NCBI RefSeq assembly: GCF_009834535.1
Contig: NC_045710.1
Span: 29,574,001-29,638,000 of the forward strand
Reading direction: 5' to 3'
DNA: 64,000 bases
Origin: Camelus ferus
Taxonomy: Eukaryota
The notes under the pieces were generated by a model that was given only the letters and a program-made list of their open reading frames with translations, did not search any database and was not told where the DNA came from. Positions 12,301 to 24,709 of the stretch are shown here, piece by piece. The position numbers were made by a program, and so were the translations under genes. Numbering within the stretch: the first letter of the stretch is position 1; every line of letters starts with the position of its first letter.

Positions 12301-14049
12301 GCTACTTTGGGAGGAGAGGGGGGAGACGATAGTGGCATCAGCTGGTGGCAGCATGGGCTGGGAATGCATCCTCAGTGCCTCTGTGCTCTGTGGTGGGGAC
12401 ATTCCATATCCCCAAGGGGCAGCAGCAAGAAGGGGCTAGAACAGACTCAGCCAGGGTCAACAGCAGGAGACTATGACTGGGCAGCAGCCTGAGGCTGGGA
12501 AGAGGGACAAATCAAAGCCTGGGATGCAGTTCTCCGGGGGCACCCAGGACACGCTGCGTGGGGAGGAGGTTGCTGAGGCATTAGGCTGCGTCTAGACCCT
12601 AAGGAGCAGCCACCAGGGAGTGGCCCATAAACTCCATGGTATGTGAAGCTGGTCTCCAACCAAAATAAGTGAATCAAATTAAAAGCAGAGACCAAAGGAA
12701 AAGAAAAGTGTCAAGACCCAGAAAATCTGAGTAGGAACACAGCTAAGGAGGCTCTGGACAAGAACAGAACCCCAAATTCTTCAACAGTAACCATGGCTTA
12801 AGGGAAAAGGACTCTCTGGCCCCAGGTGGTCTCTAAGCAGGCGAGAATGCCAGTGAGTTGGGTCTAACTTAGAATTAGATGCGTTACCATGAAGCTCCCC
12901 AAAAGGACATGCCTTTATTCAGCCATTAATTCCCATAAAGGTCATCATTGTGGCTGTAATCAGGAGGATTTAAATACCAAATTATACATGGCAGGCTGCC
13001 AGGGCTGCAAATGAGAATAGGGTAGAAGATTTATCTCGGCCCTTTTGCCAAAAGAATCACTTTATTTACGGTGATGTGTATAAAGTACTATGATGATGAT
13101 CTAGAGCCCAGGAGACCCACACTGTTTGGGAAGAAGCTGTAGAGAAAACCTGTGATTTCTTCTCCCCACTTCAGCCCTCTGATGGCTTCAGTCTGAGATT
13201 CAGCCCACCCTCCATCCTCTTCCTTACTCCCCTCCAATCCCCCGATCCTCAGTCTCTTCTACTTCTGATCAGCTGTCATTGTTTGAGTGCACAGGTGTGG
13301 AAAGCAGGACACCAGAAACAGGAGAGGAGGCAGTATCTGATGTCTCAGGCAATGGCCTGGAAGGCAATGAGAGGGAGGAGGCTGCAGAAGCCATCAGCCC
13401 CCAAAGTAAGACGGGGTGGACACTGACCCAGACATGGGCTGATGGTCACACTTCTTCAGCAGCTGGGATGGGAATTTTGAATCATAAACAGCATATATCT
13501 CGACCCTCTGAATGTCTAGGGGATTATATGGATAAAGAGAAAAGATGCTGACACTGTCATTGAGGAGAATGCTGTTTTATAAGCCTCTCTGGGCCCTTCT
13601 AGCCTCAAAGACATCTCAGAATAGGGGTCCAGCGTCAGGCAAGAGAAAAGAGGACGTCATTCCCAGGGGGAGAGAAACTCCCTGCACTGGCCCCACACAA
13701 ACAGTACAAGGAGACTCAAGGGGGCTGAGAGGAAGGCCTCAGCCCACGGCTCACAGCTGTAATCAGGTCACTGTCTGGCACTGCTGGGGTTACAGACCCC
13801 ATCCTAGTCATGGTCCCTTACGACCCCTGGGAAGAACAGCATCAATGCCAAGCATAAGTGGTTCCGTGGAATTTTATTGATTCTAAGACGCACCTTTGCC
13901 TCCCCATTTTAGTATCTCTGGACTTGAGATACATTGAACAATCAGTGTCATCTTATGATCCCTGTAAGCTACTCTTTCAAATTTTATCTCTGAAACTAGA
14001 AAGCATTTTATACTTGCTAGTATCCTAGGGCAGGCAAAACATGCACTCT

Positions 14050-14170
14050 TTCCATTTTAAAGGTGGAAGAAATTGAGGCTCAAAACGATTCACTAAATTG
14101 GCCAAAGTCATATAGCTAGCACAGGGCAAGGGGGAGGTATTTGGGACTAAAATTCATGTCCTCCGAGCCT
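14050..14170 (-). mobile_element. MIR
   Basis: TCCATTTTAAAGGTGGAAGAAATTGAGGCTCA...GGCCAAAGTCATATAGCTAG. Confidence 0.7.
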
Positions 14171-17094
14171 CACAGAGAGTGTCCCTGTCTATTTCCATCC
14201 TGTCTCTAGGGTCTCCAAATCCTTGTTCCAAATCTCATACGAACACACATATGGACATACCTACCTTCTTTGGGCAAATGGATTTTGAATTCCAATCTCT
14301 TTCCTTTCATCTGCAGCAGAACATGCAAAACTCTGGCCAACAACAGAGCTCGAGACTTAGAATACGCTTGAAAGCTCAGACCTGGCTGCAATGCCATGTA
14401 ATGTATTTGTAGCTGAAACGTGAGTTGATAAGTTCTAGAAAGGCAAAGACGTAAATGCTGAGTGAGCTTTTTTACAGTCAGTGGGTAGAGAGTGATGGAA
14501 GAGCGGGGGGTGGGGGTAAGCTATAAAGAAGATATTTCCTGCACGTTTTGCATTTCACTTCAGTTTCTTGAACCTATTTTTACATCCTGAGTGGAAAACG
14601 AGGCCCCGTCGCTGCTTGCTATAAAGTTGCCGGCAATCCTGGCATGACACCTAGGAAATTCTCATCTCTGACTAAAACACGTAGACAAGAGACTCGACAA
14701 GAAGGGGCAGCCTCCTGGGGTTCCTGACCCCATCACTGCCAGTCTGATTACATTCTGTGCTCAGAAGCCCCAAGCGGCGCAAACCAAAATGACTTCCCCG
14801 AATCAACACGGTGCTGAAAATTCAGTTGTTTCATTTCTAAGCTAAGAAAAGGAGCTCCCCTAGAGCCAACTCCCAGAGCCAAAATCCCAAATAACCAGCT
14901 GATGTCAGCAGCCAGCTTCGGGGTTTGCCCTTGGTGCCCAAGCAGGCCTGATGTTTCATTTCAAGACAAGAAAGTGAACTTTATAATTTCCTCCATTTTA
15001 GAGCCACTCTCGGGGCAATTCCTCTTTTCCCTCACACTCTCTCCCTCAACAGACGCTGCGCCTTGAGCACAGTGCCCTTCCAGGGTGATGGCTTCACCCA
15101 TGGTCTACGCTTGGTTAGGCATCTGGTCCAGAAAATGTGTGAACTGTACGTAGGACGGGCATGTTTGGAGCCAGAGTTGCAGGCATGACCTTGTCAACCC
15201 CTCTGAAATTCTAAGCAAAGAAATGCTTAGAAAAGAACTGCCTAAGACCCTATTTCCCTTATCTAACGCCCCAGCAACTATGGCTCCCCTCAGTAACGTG
15301 GTAAGCCGACCTTCCCACTGTATAAACAGAAGTGTACAAAATAAAAGCTTCCTGCGTTCCGTGCACCTTACCTGGGAGGGATTCCCCAGGATTTTGTTAA
15401 TGCTTAGCATTTTCTTCTTAAAATGGCAAGCTTGTCTTTATTATCTTTGGCAAAATAGTAAATCTGATCACCGTGGAGCCAAAGGAATTCTCTGGGATTA
15501 TAGGAATGGGTATTCATACCGTTTTGTGCAGTAAAGTAAATATCCATACGGCAGAAAACAAATGCTGCCTAAGAAGATTCTGTGCCCCTTTCCTCTTATA
15601 CAAAACACTGTTTTCCCACAGCAAGGCTTTGGATATCAGTGGCTTAGCTAGAACCCAAGACAGTCTACAGCTCCAGGACAGCTGAACAGTGGTTCTTAGC
15701 CGCTCAAGGGTTTTTAGCCCCTTCAAAAATTGGTCTAAGGCTGTGGACTCTGCCTCCAAAAAAATGCACACAGGCACACATGAAGGCTGTTTGTGATTTC
15801 AGCATGTTCGTGTCCCACTAAAGCCCATCCATTTCTTCCCTGCTTTGACCCTAGTCCTATCCCTCTTTCCCGGTGACAGGGGATGTTCATGCAGGACGTG
15901 CCAGCTCACCCCATCTGATGATGCTGCCCCATTTCTCACATAGGAGCTTGTTTTCCACCCCAAAAGAGGGTGCTTTCCTTAATTCCTCTGAATCTCACTT
16001 CCCCCACAAACTGGGAACTATCATATGCACCAGCCCAGCTCGTGGGATACTGCGGAAAACAAAAAAAGGAAGAGACATAAATATACTCTGAATTATGGAT
16101 TGAACATTGCATGTTTGTGCAGGATCACTGGTGGGGAGTGTGTGTGTCAGCTGTAATGGGCTCCATCCATTCTGCCTCCAAACTCCTCCATCTATGTTTG
16201 CTGAACACACCAGATCGCTGATTTGATTTTTCACTAAGGGCATCTGGGGTTCACCGTGCTTACACATGCCTTTGCAAATTAGGGCGTGTGTGAGGGGAAC
16301 TGTCAGGCTGTCGATTCTTTAAAGACAACGTATTGGCACCTGGGGAACAGCCAAACGTTCCTGCAATCCCAGTAATTCAGGGGCTTCCATAAATCACACT
16401 GATGAGAAAGAAATGCTAAAGCAGGAATATTGCTTTCTGCCACCTATAAGAGAGAATAAATGGTTTTAAGGATATCCTTTCAGTGTGACCTAGTTGTCAA
16501 TAACCCATTCCTCAAGTTGTCATGTGTAACAGAGGGCCTCAAAGATAGGATGCAGGGAAAATAAAGATGATAATGAAAATATTGCCCTTCGTCTGTCTTA
16601 GCCATTTTTGCATATCACTGCTTTAATAGGTTAAGAGTATTTATTAATACACATGTAACTAACTGCTGCAACAGACACACCCAGAGATGTATAGCAGGCT
16701 CTCGTGCAATAGGAGTTCAACTTCTCCCTCACATAAGCAGTTCAAGGTATTTCCTGTTTGGTTCCACAAAATTGTACAGGGTCCCAGACACTAGAGACCC
16801 TGCCAGCCTCAACACATGCATTCAGTGTTGTCCTGGCACCCGTGTCTCAGAAAGGAGAGCGCAGGGCAGAGAGGATGCGGTTAGGGAGACTGACTGGAGC
16901 AGACGTGGGAGTGAGGCATAACTTCAGCTCATGTTCCGCTAACTGGCTACACTGAACAGCAGGGGAAACTGAGAAATACAGCCTGGGGGAAAGAGGAAAT
17001 GGATTTTCTTTAAAAATTCTTCTTCTCAGAAATAATGTAAATAATTTTGAAATTAACATCTGGCCAATATTGGGGTGAATAAACTCAGCTGGTT

Positions 17095-17370
17095 AATTTA
17101 TTCATACATTCATGCATTTATTGATCATCTGCTCTGTGCTACTCACTCCTTAGGCACAGGAAATGCAGCAGTCTTTTTTAAAAAAATAGCAAACTCCTTG
17201 TCAGCAGAAAACTTATTTTCTACTGTGGTCAGACAGACACCAAACAAGAAAAATAAGTAAAACATATGGGATTTTAGTGATGAGTATTAAGAATAAATAA
17301 AACAGAAAAGGAGATAGGGAATGCTGGTGGAAGATGGTTTACAGCTTTAGACAAGATGTCCAGGGAAGAT
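17095..17370 (-). mobile_element. L2 3' region
   Basis: TTCATACATTCATGCATTTATTGATCATCTGCTCTGTGCT...TAGGCACAGGAAATGCAGCAG is the antisense L2 3' end. Confidence 0.75.
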
Positions 17371-17659
17371 GTCAAGATTAATACCATCTGAGTTTGGTTT
17401 AAAAAAAAAGGTTTAGACTTTGCTCCTTTAAAAAAATGTATTATAAAATAATTCCAACACACAAAAAAATGTGAACTATAAGCTCCCTAAGACTCTCAAG
17501 AAATATCCCATTTTTGCTTGTCAATGGTCGGATCAGATCCATAATATTAGAGTCAGGCCTGGGAATCATAATTTTAAAGACATAAACCAACCAGAGCATA
17601 ATCCAAAGGAAGCAATCAGGATGGTGAAGAAAGCTGAAACCACACTCACATCCAATTAT

Positions 17660-18000
17660 CCATTTATATGTTCAACAACAAATGTCTTCTGAGCACTGAC
17701 TGTGTGCCAGGCTCTCTTCTCCTCAGAGCAATGAAAGAAAGAACAGATCATAAACAGGTCAGCACAGAAACTAGCAGGCTGAGCAGTGCAAGGCTGTCAA
17801 ACAAGACTGAGTTTGGCAGGTTCGGGTAACGGAAAGAAGGGCAGCGCTGCTCAAATACTGCAGACAAGAGAGAGTGGTAGGGGCTCAGGCTGAAGGGTTG
17901 GTGGGATTGGATACAGACTTGCGGGCTATAGTAAGGAGCTCGGATTTTCTTTCCTAAGGGTAACTGAGAGCCATTGCAGGGTTTGAGAAGGCGGTGATAT
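17660..18000 (-). mobile_element. L2 fragments
   Basis: TTCAACAACAAATGTCTTCTGAGCACTGACTGTGTGCCAGG, and GGCTATAGTAAGGAGCTCGGATTTT...GAGCCATTGCAGGGTTTGAG. Confidence 0.7.
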
Positions 18001-18004
18001 GATG

Positions 18005-18481
18005 TGTATTCGTTTCCTATGCTGCTATAACAAATGACCACAAATGGTGGCTTAAACCAACACACATGTATTCCCTTACCACTCTAGGGGCCAGAAGTCC
18101 AAAATCTGGTTCACTGGACTAAAGCAACAGTGTCAGCATAACTAGTACCATTCGGAGGCTCCAGGAGAGAATCCATTTCCTTACCCTTTCTAGCTTCTAG
18201 AGGCCTGCTGTGTTCCTTGGCTCATGGCCTTTTCCTCATATCACTCCAACATCTGGCTTCCATTGTCTCATCTCCTACTTGAATCTGCAGTCAAATCTCC
18301 CTCTTACACAGACACTTGCAATCACATCTAGGGCCCATCAAGATACCCCAGTATAATCTCCTCATCTCAGGATCCTTTACTTAATTGTACCTGCCAAGTC
18401 CCTTTACCATAACAGTAACATTCATGGATTTCAGGGATTTGAACCTAGATATCTTTGGAAGCTATTATTCAGTCTGCCACA
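18005..18481 (-). mobile_element. MLT1D-like ERVL-MaLR solo LTR
   Basis: Begins TGTATTCGTTTCCTATGCTGCTATAACAAATGACCACAAA and ends TATTATTCAGTCTGCCACA (reverse complement of the TGTGGCAG start); internal GGAGGCTCCAGGAGAGAATCCATTTCC. Confidence 0.9.
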
Positions 18482-18521
18482 GGGCACCTAAAAGAGACTC
18501 CAGCTGAGTTTCCAAAAAAAA

Positions 18522-18759
18522 GGTTCTTCAAAACTTGAAGATGTTACTAGTTGCTACATGAGGAGAAAAGTTTTCCTGAACAAATTAGTTTAGGGAAATT
18601 GGATTACACCAAACTAAGCAGTCTTTCCTACTTCTCAGAGTCTCAAATGAAACTTTCCAAAATCAAACATAGTTGCAACTCATGGAGCACTGAACCATTT
18701 CTTTCCACAGAACATTTAACAAAACTGATATTTTCTGACACAAGTTCTAGGAGATGCTG
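18522..18759. mobile_element. Old hAT-Charlie non-autonomous element (MER112/MER113-like)
   Basis: CAAATTAGTTTAGGGAAATTGGATTACACCAAACTAAGCAG...CTTCTCAGAG...GGAGATGCTG resembles this group; subfamily uncertain. Confidence 0.5.
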
Positions 18760-18984
18760 GCTTGGAAAACCCTCAGGGAGGGTAAACTGCTTTGAGATCT
18801 TTGAAGAACTGTCACGAAAAAAATGAAGTAGACTTGTGTAAGGCCCCGGACCAGGAACAAATGGGGAAGTAATAAAAGGTCAGGTTTTGGCTCACTAGGA
18901 GCCTTCTAAGAATCTGCTAGGCTGAAACGGGCTTCTCCAAAATGCAGTCCACTTGACCTCAATAGCATTCATGCTGGTCTACAG

Positions 18985-19120
18985 CAATGCTTCTCAGATT
19001 ATACTGTGAATATGCCTCATCTGGGGGTCCTGATAAAATGCAGATTCTAACTCAGTAGATCTGGAGTTGGGCTTGTGGTTCTTTTTCCCAAGAGGTGATA
19101 CTGATGTTACTGGATGATGA
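18985..19120. mobile_element. MER5A-like hAT-Charlie
   Basis: CTTCTCAGATT...CATCTGGGGGTCCTGATAAAATGCAGATTCTAACTCAGTAGATCTGG. Confidence 0.75.
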
Positions 19121-19576
19121 AGAGAAATTCAAACACTGGGTAAGTAATTAGAACCCAGAATCTTGATATATCCTGAGGTCTACACTATTGAGTTTAGCAG
19201 AACCTCACTGATATTGAGGGTTTGTCCCCAACAATGAACATGAAAATAATAAGACAGGGCAAACTATAGATGCTTGACATTGCAATAGAGAAAATAAAGC
19301 CAAGTCAGTATGTTTTGTATAGTAGGAGAGATTTCTTTCCAGGTTTCTATTAAATCTGGGAATTTCTCTTCCCACCCAATACCTGAAATGTAGACATGGA
19401 TATACATATAAACATATGCTTTATATATAAATCTTGCTTTTGACTGATTGTGGACTTGGAAACCAAGTAAACGAGCTTCTTAGGTTCGTGTATGGAATAA
19501 GAATAAATCCATTCTGAATTGCAGCATAAAATTGGTCTGATTTTGTTGGGTTAGTCCAATGACAAGATAAACTTGA

Positions 19577-19770
19577 CTCATTCAACAAATAGTTTACCAC
19601 CTACTATGTACCAGATACTTCACTGGGCACTGGGGAGCCAGAGGTGGGCAAAATGGACATAATTTCAGCCTTCATGGACCTTAGCTGATCCTAAATAAAT
19701 AATCACCCACCCAAGCAATAAAAACTGTGACAAGGGCTATGACTGCATTTAGCAGGGGGGCCTAAGAGGG
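19577..19770 (-). mobile_element. L2 3' end
   Basis: ACTCATTCAACAAATAGTTTACCACCTACTATGTACCAGATACT...GCCTTCATGGACCTTA. Confidence 0.8.
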
Positions 19771-20334
19771 TACTGGAAGTATGGGAATAAAAAATTAATC
19801 TGAGTCATATTAGACAGGTAAGTATGTGAGAACTAGCTTGGAATACCTCAATTCTACTTGCCTTCCAGAAACATCTCCAGAAGGAATGGCAAAAAGCAAA
19901 CTCCTATTCTCCTTCATGGGTGGATGTCAACAGACAGGGGAAGAGCCCCAGAAAATCAAATGCAGTGCCTCTGCATACTAAGTCAATTCTCTCCACAACC
20001 GTAAGAGAGGGGAGATCTCCATTTTTACTTTCAAAATCTTTTGGACACAAAGACATTAAAAAGTAATCATGACGGTGCTGATGAGCCATTTCTGCTTTGA
20101 GCACCTACTTCCTGTCTAAAGGACCCAACCAGAGAGATGAAATTGGCAGTGAATAAAAGGTTTTGTTCTAGCTTATTCTTGTTATTGTCCAAAGCATGTT
20201 TTTTGTGGTGCTACTGTTTGTGGGCATATATAATGTCTCCTAGTAAATTACTGACCCAATATTCAGTAGAGGTTCGAAAACCTGTGGTTGGTCCTGTTGC
20301 TTTTCCATAGGAAAGATAAAAAAGTGATTCCTTA

Positions 20335-21410
20335 TTTTTTTATTAGTGTATAGTATTATATATCACAATTTATTTACCCATTGTTTATGGGTTGATGCTA
20401 TTAAGAATAAAGATGCTATTAAAAAATAAAGTTGTGAACATTCTTGAACATTTCGTGCACATTTATACACATTTCAGTTGGATATGTATACCTAGGAGTG
20501 GAATTGCTAGGTCAGAGGGGGTGTGAATGTATATTCATCTTTTATAGACAATGTCAATTTTCCAAGGTGGTTACAGCAATTTATACCTCCCACCAGCAGA
20601 ATGTGAAAGTTCCAGTTTTTCAACATTTTTGCTAAGAATTAGTATTGGTCAGTTTTTTCATTTTACTCTTTCTGGCAGGTGTGTAAAAATATTGCATTGT
20701 GTAATATCTCAATAAAGCTGGGAGAAAAATGAATCAGTCTCATGAGCGATTTTATTTTAAAAGCTCTGTGTTAATTAGAGGGGAGGGTATAGCTCAGTGG
20801 TAGAGTGCATGCTTAGCATTCGTTAAGGTCCTGGGTTCAATCTGCTGGACCTCCACTAAATGTAAATAAATAAACCTAATGACCTCCTCCCCTCCTCCAA
20901 AAAATAAAACAAAAAAAAATTTTTAATAAGCTCTGTATTAATTATTCATTGCTCACCCAGAGTTCATAGGGGACTTAAACCACCCACCCAAAAAAAGATA
21001 TGAGAAGATTTTAATTTGCATTTTCTACTTGATCAATGAGGCTAAGCAAATGTCTTCCTCACTGGACACTGGCTATCCTCTATCAGAAAGGGTCTATTCA
21101 ATTCTTTTGTCCACTTTCTGTTGAGTTGTCTGTCTTTTTTTCTTCATTGATTTGTAGGAGTATTTTGTTTTATGTCAATATGAGTTACTTATCAGTCATA
21201 AATATTTCAAATATGTTTTCCCATTCAATGGCTTGTTATTGCATTTTCTTAATGGTTTTATTTTAATGAACAAAGAATCCTAATTTTGTATAGTTAGCGC
21301 TGTCTTGTTTTTTTCAAGGTCATATATTCTCTTATAATATCTTCCAGAAGCTTTACTGTTTCTCCTTTTACATTTAAAATTGCAATCCTTTTGGAGTTGG
21401 TTTCCATTTA
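20335..21410 (-). mobile_element. Old L1M ORF2 3' region, interrupted at 20702-21008
   Basis: ACCTAGGAGTGGAATTGCTAGGTCA...TTCCAAGGTGGTTACAGCAATTTATACCTCCCACCAGCAG...CATTGTG | TTTTAATTTGCATTTTC is antisense L1 ORF2 3' sequence. Confidence 0.85.
20778..20927 (+). mobile_element. Camelid SINE, long-tail variant
   Basis: GAGGGGAGGGTATAGCTCAGTGGTAGAG...GGGTTCAATC...TAAATAAATAAACCTAATGACCTCCTCCCC, then A-tail; 17-bp TSD AAGCTCTGTGTTAATTA (20761-20777) / AAGCTCTGTATTAATTA (20928-20944). Confidence 0.92.
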
Positions 21411-21725
21411 TACAATTATGAAAAATTTCAAATGTAACAAAATTAAAATAATAATATTATAAATCCCAAGGTATCTTTCATCCAGTTTCAATAACTGTCA
21501 ATTGATAGCCAATCTTACTCCATTTATACCCACATTTACCTCTCTCACCTTGGCTTATTGTGAAGCAAATCTCAAGACACATCATTTTATCTATAAATAT
21601 TTATCTCTAAGGACATTTTTTCCTAACAAAACTATAACAATCACAACTTAAGTTTTATAAATCCTTACTCTCATTAAATATCCAGGAAATATTAAAATTT
21701 CCCCAATGGTCTCATAATGTTTTTT
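21410..21725 (-). mobile_element. L1MC4/5-like 3' end
   Basis: ATTATGAAAAATTTCAAA...TCCAGTTTCAATAACTGTCAA...GAAGCAAATCTCAAGACACATCATTTTATCTATAAATATTT. Confidence 0.7.
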
Positions 21726-22607
21726 GTTATAGGTGACTTCACACGGGCACCTGAGAACTATAAGAACACCAAGATAAAAATGAGATACAGAAAAAGAAGC
21801 AACCTGGGTTAAAGAGAAGAGCTCAGCTACGCCTGTTTTCCTTTTCTCCAGCATTAAATTTTCTCACTAGATACTTTTGAATCCATAATCTTTTTTAGCA
21901 AAAATAACTCTGAAATTTCCCTAAAGCACAATCCTGAATTCCTATGAGCTAAAAACCTGCATCTACATTGAACAGCCTTAATAAAGAACATCTTGGAGTT
22001 TTTGCGAGGGACTCTGGTAAATGGGATTTGTATCATCTCTTCAACATTTTCAGACTGTTGAGCACTGGCCTGCGTCAGGCCCTGGCCCGGCTCGCTGAGG
22101 GCATTCCAAGATTGCCCGGGTACTTTGCTAGTGAAATCTGCTTGAAGAGAAGATGCTCATTTTCCACTTGAGGAGATATTCAGCTTGCCTCACAAAATAT
22201 GATTTCAATTTTTTTTCATCCTCTTTCATAGAGTTCAGAAAGCCATTAACTAGTGCCTAATAATTTTTAACTTTAGGAGGTAATTCACATTTCTACAAGG
22301 GGCCTAGCAGGAGTGTTCTCTCCCAGAAAGAGCCGACAAACGCCCCACTTGTACCCGGGGATTACCCCAGTGAGAACTTTCTGAGAACTGGGTCTAAGAT
22401 GTTCCCAGAAAACTGAGAATACTTTGGATCAGTATCTCTGGCCCCAGACAAGACCAGAAAATTCTGTTGTTCCTCTGAGCTACCACCCTCAGCATTCCAC
22501 TTTTCAAGACCCCACTCCTAAGTCCCACAGAATTTTATCAGGATTAATCCAGAATCCTCTAGCTCAGTCAATGCTGTTCGGAACCTGGTGAGATAAAACA
22601 ATAAGAA

Positions 22608-22700
22608 AGTTCCGTGAGAACAGGGACTTGGTCTGTTCAGTGCTGTACTAATCAAAGCCCAGAGAACTTTACAACACAAAGAGAGGAACTCAATGTGTGC
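22608..22700 (+). mobile_element. L2 3' end fragment
   Basis: TTCCGTGAGAACAGGGACTTGGTCTGTTCAGTGCTGTA. Confidence 0.6.
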
Positions 22701-22744
22701 AATTTTTTAAAAACTCATTTAAGAGGTTGAGCTATCTCAGGATA

Positions 22745-24255
22745 GAATGTAGACTATGTTTTAAAAAGAAAAAATCTAAGTGTGTTAAAAATAAATGAAA
22801 CAACCTCACTGAAGGGGTTGGGGGAAAAGGCACTAAACTAAGTCACCCTGGGAATGAGGGCTGTCTGTAAGGCTAAAAGGCAAAAGGAATTTCAAAGAAG
22901 CACTGTACTCTAGTTGATACAATTGCTTCCCATGGCGGGGATGAGTTAACAACGTCAATACTAAAGACATGGATACTGGAATTGAACAATTAATAAATGA
23001 ATGATGGATGGTGACCCAGCTTGCTTACTATTGGAGTGGGAAGTTATGACAAGCAGGGAGAGAAGGCTAGAACGATCCGTGTGGATTAGAGTTAGAGACA
23101 CATGTATACAGATGGTTACATATATAAACATTTACGTATACAAATACTTATAAATACATGATTATTCATGAGTTAGTATTCACACATACACTTCTGGGCT
23201 CTGCCATGTGAGAGGGCCTAGAGGCAACCACACCCCAGCAGCATCCAGACGTTGGTGTCTAATACCAGTCTCCAATATAAGAACCAGAGCTCCTCTGAGA
23301 AATGGAAAATTCTAGGGCTGGGGAAGGAAACATACAAGCTGAGCTTGGAAAAATCACATTGTTGGGGGTACGTAGGTCAAAGGGACTCAGAAGCCAGCAG
23401 AAAGAGCTCCCAATGGCCAAAGCTGGAACAATTTGAGCAAGAAAATAAACAGTAAGTAGTACTGAATTATAACCCAAAGTATGAAATAAATATTTACCAG
23501 TCCATACTGGTATAGATAAATAGTTGAATAAATAAATAAATGGGGAAGAAGAAATAAATTTTCCATGCAGAAAATTCCAAATAGTTTATGTAGATACTTT
23601 CAAGGAAACGGAGCAAATCTCCCCATTCCCCACCTCTGGGGCACACACAATGCCCTCCTTCTGAAAAGTACAGTGTGGACATAAGTCAAAAGACTAACTT
23701 TACAAAGGGGACCTGACCAGCCCTACCTCAGCCAGGAGACCAGGGTTAATGTAAACAGCAATCATTCATGTGAATAATAGGTATCCTTGACATGATGTTA
23801 TGAGAACAGTATTTCACGTGTTTTTTTCTCCCCCAAAAACTTACAACCCCAGTCTAGTCATGAGAAAAACACAAGACAAATTCCAGTAGAGGGACGTTCT
23901 ATAAAACACCTGACCAGTACTCCTCAACACTGCCAAGGTCATCAGAAACAAGGGACATCTGAGAAACTGTCCGAGTCAAGAGGAGCCTAGGGAGACATGA
24001 CGACTAGAAGTAATACGTGGTGACCCAGATGGGCTCTTGGAACAGAAAAAGGACATTAAATAAAAACTACGTAAATGGGAATAAAGTGTGGGCTGTTTTT
24101 AATAATAATGTATGAATACTGGTTCATTGGTTGTTAACAAATGTACCATACTAATGTGATATGTTAATAACAGGGGAAACCGAGTGTGAGGCATATGGGC
24201 ACTAACTGTACAACTTTTCCATAAATCTGAAAACTAAACAGAATTAAATTTTTAG
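22745..24255 (+). mobile_element. L1MC1-3-like 3'UTR (about 1.5 kb)
   Basis: Characteristic long 3'UTR ending ACAAATGTACCATACTAATGTGATATGTTAATAACAGGGGAAAC...CAACTTTTCCATAAATCTGAAAACT. Confidence 0.85.
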
Positions 24256-24709
24256 AAAATCATAATTCTAACTCCACTTATGTTACATATGTCCTTCCTG
24301 CTTGTTGGACAGGGTTTTCATTTTGTGTACTTGTTAAATGACACGAGGTAGTGAAGAAGAGATGCAAAGATCTGAAATCAGTGAATACAACTAAGGCTTG
24401 TCATTACATTCAGTTTTCAAGACATCAGGGAATTAACCATTGCACTTTCGACTGCATAACAAGTATTTAGTATAATTCACAGTTAAGGACAAGTCCAAGC
24501 CTAAAGTCCAGACTCTTTACTTTGAATGAAGTCCTGGTTCTCTTTATACCTCTGTGGAGGCAGCTTCCCACTGGCACCTACTCTGGCACAACTTATTGAA
24601 GCCTGCTCCTTTTAAATGACAAAAATGAAATTCCATAAGGTGAAGTGTCAACGGAACTCGATCTTTTTCTTTTACGTTTTCTTTTATTGCTTGCAATTTT
24701 GTTATTTTA

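Noticed and set aside
21854-22171. Overlapping open frames on both strands with a short CpG-rich core
   Set aside because: Peptides unrecognised and no convincing donor-acceptor pair; insufficient to call an exon.
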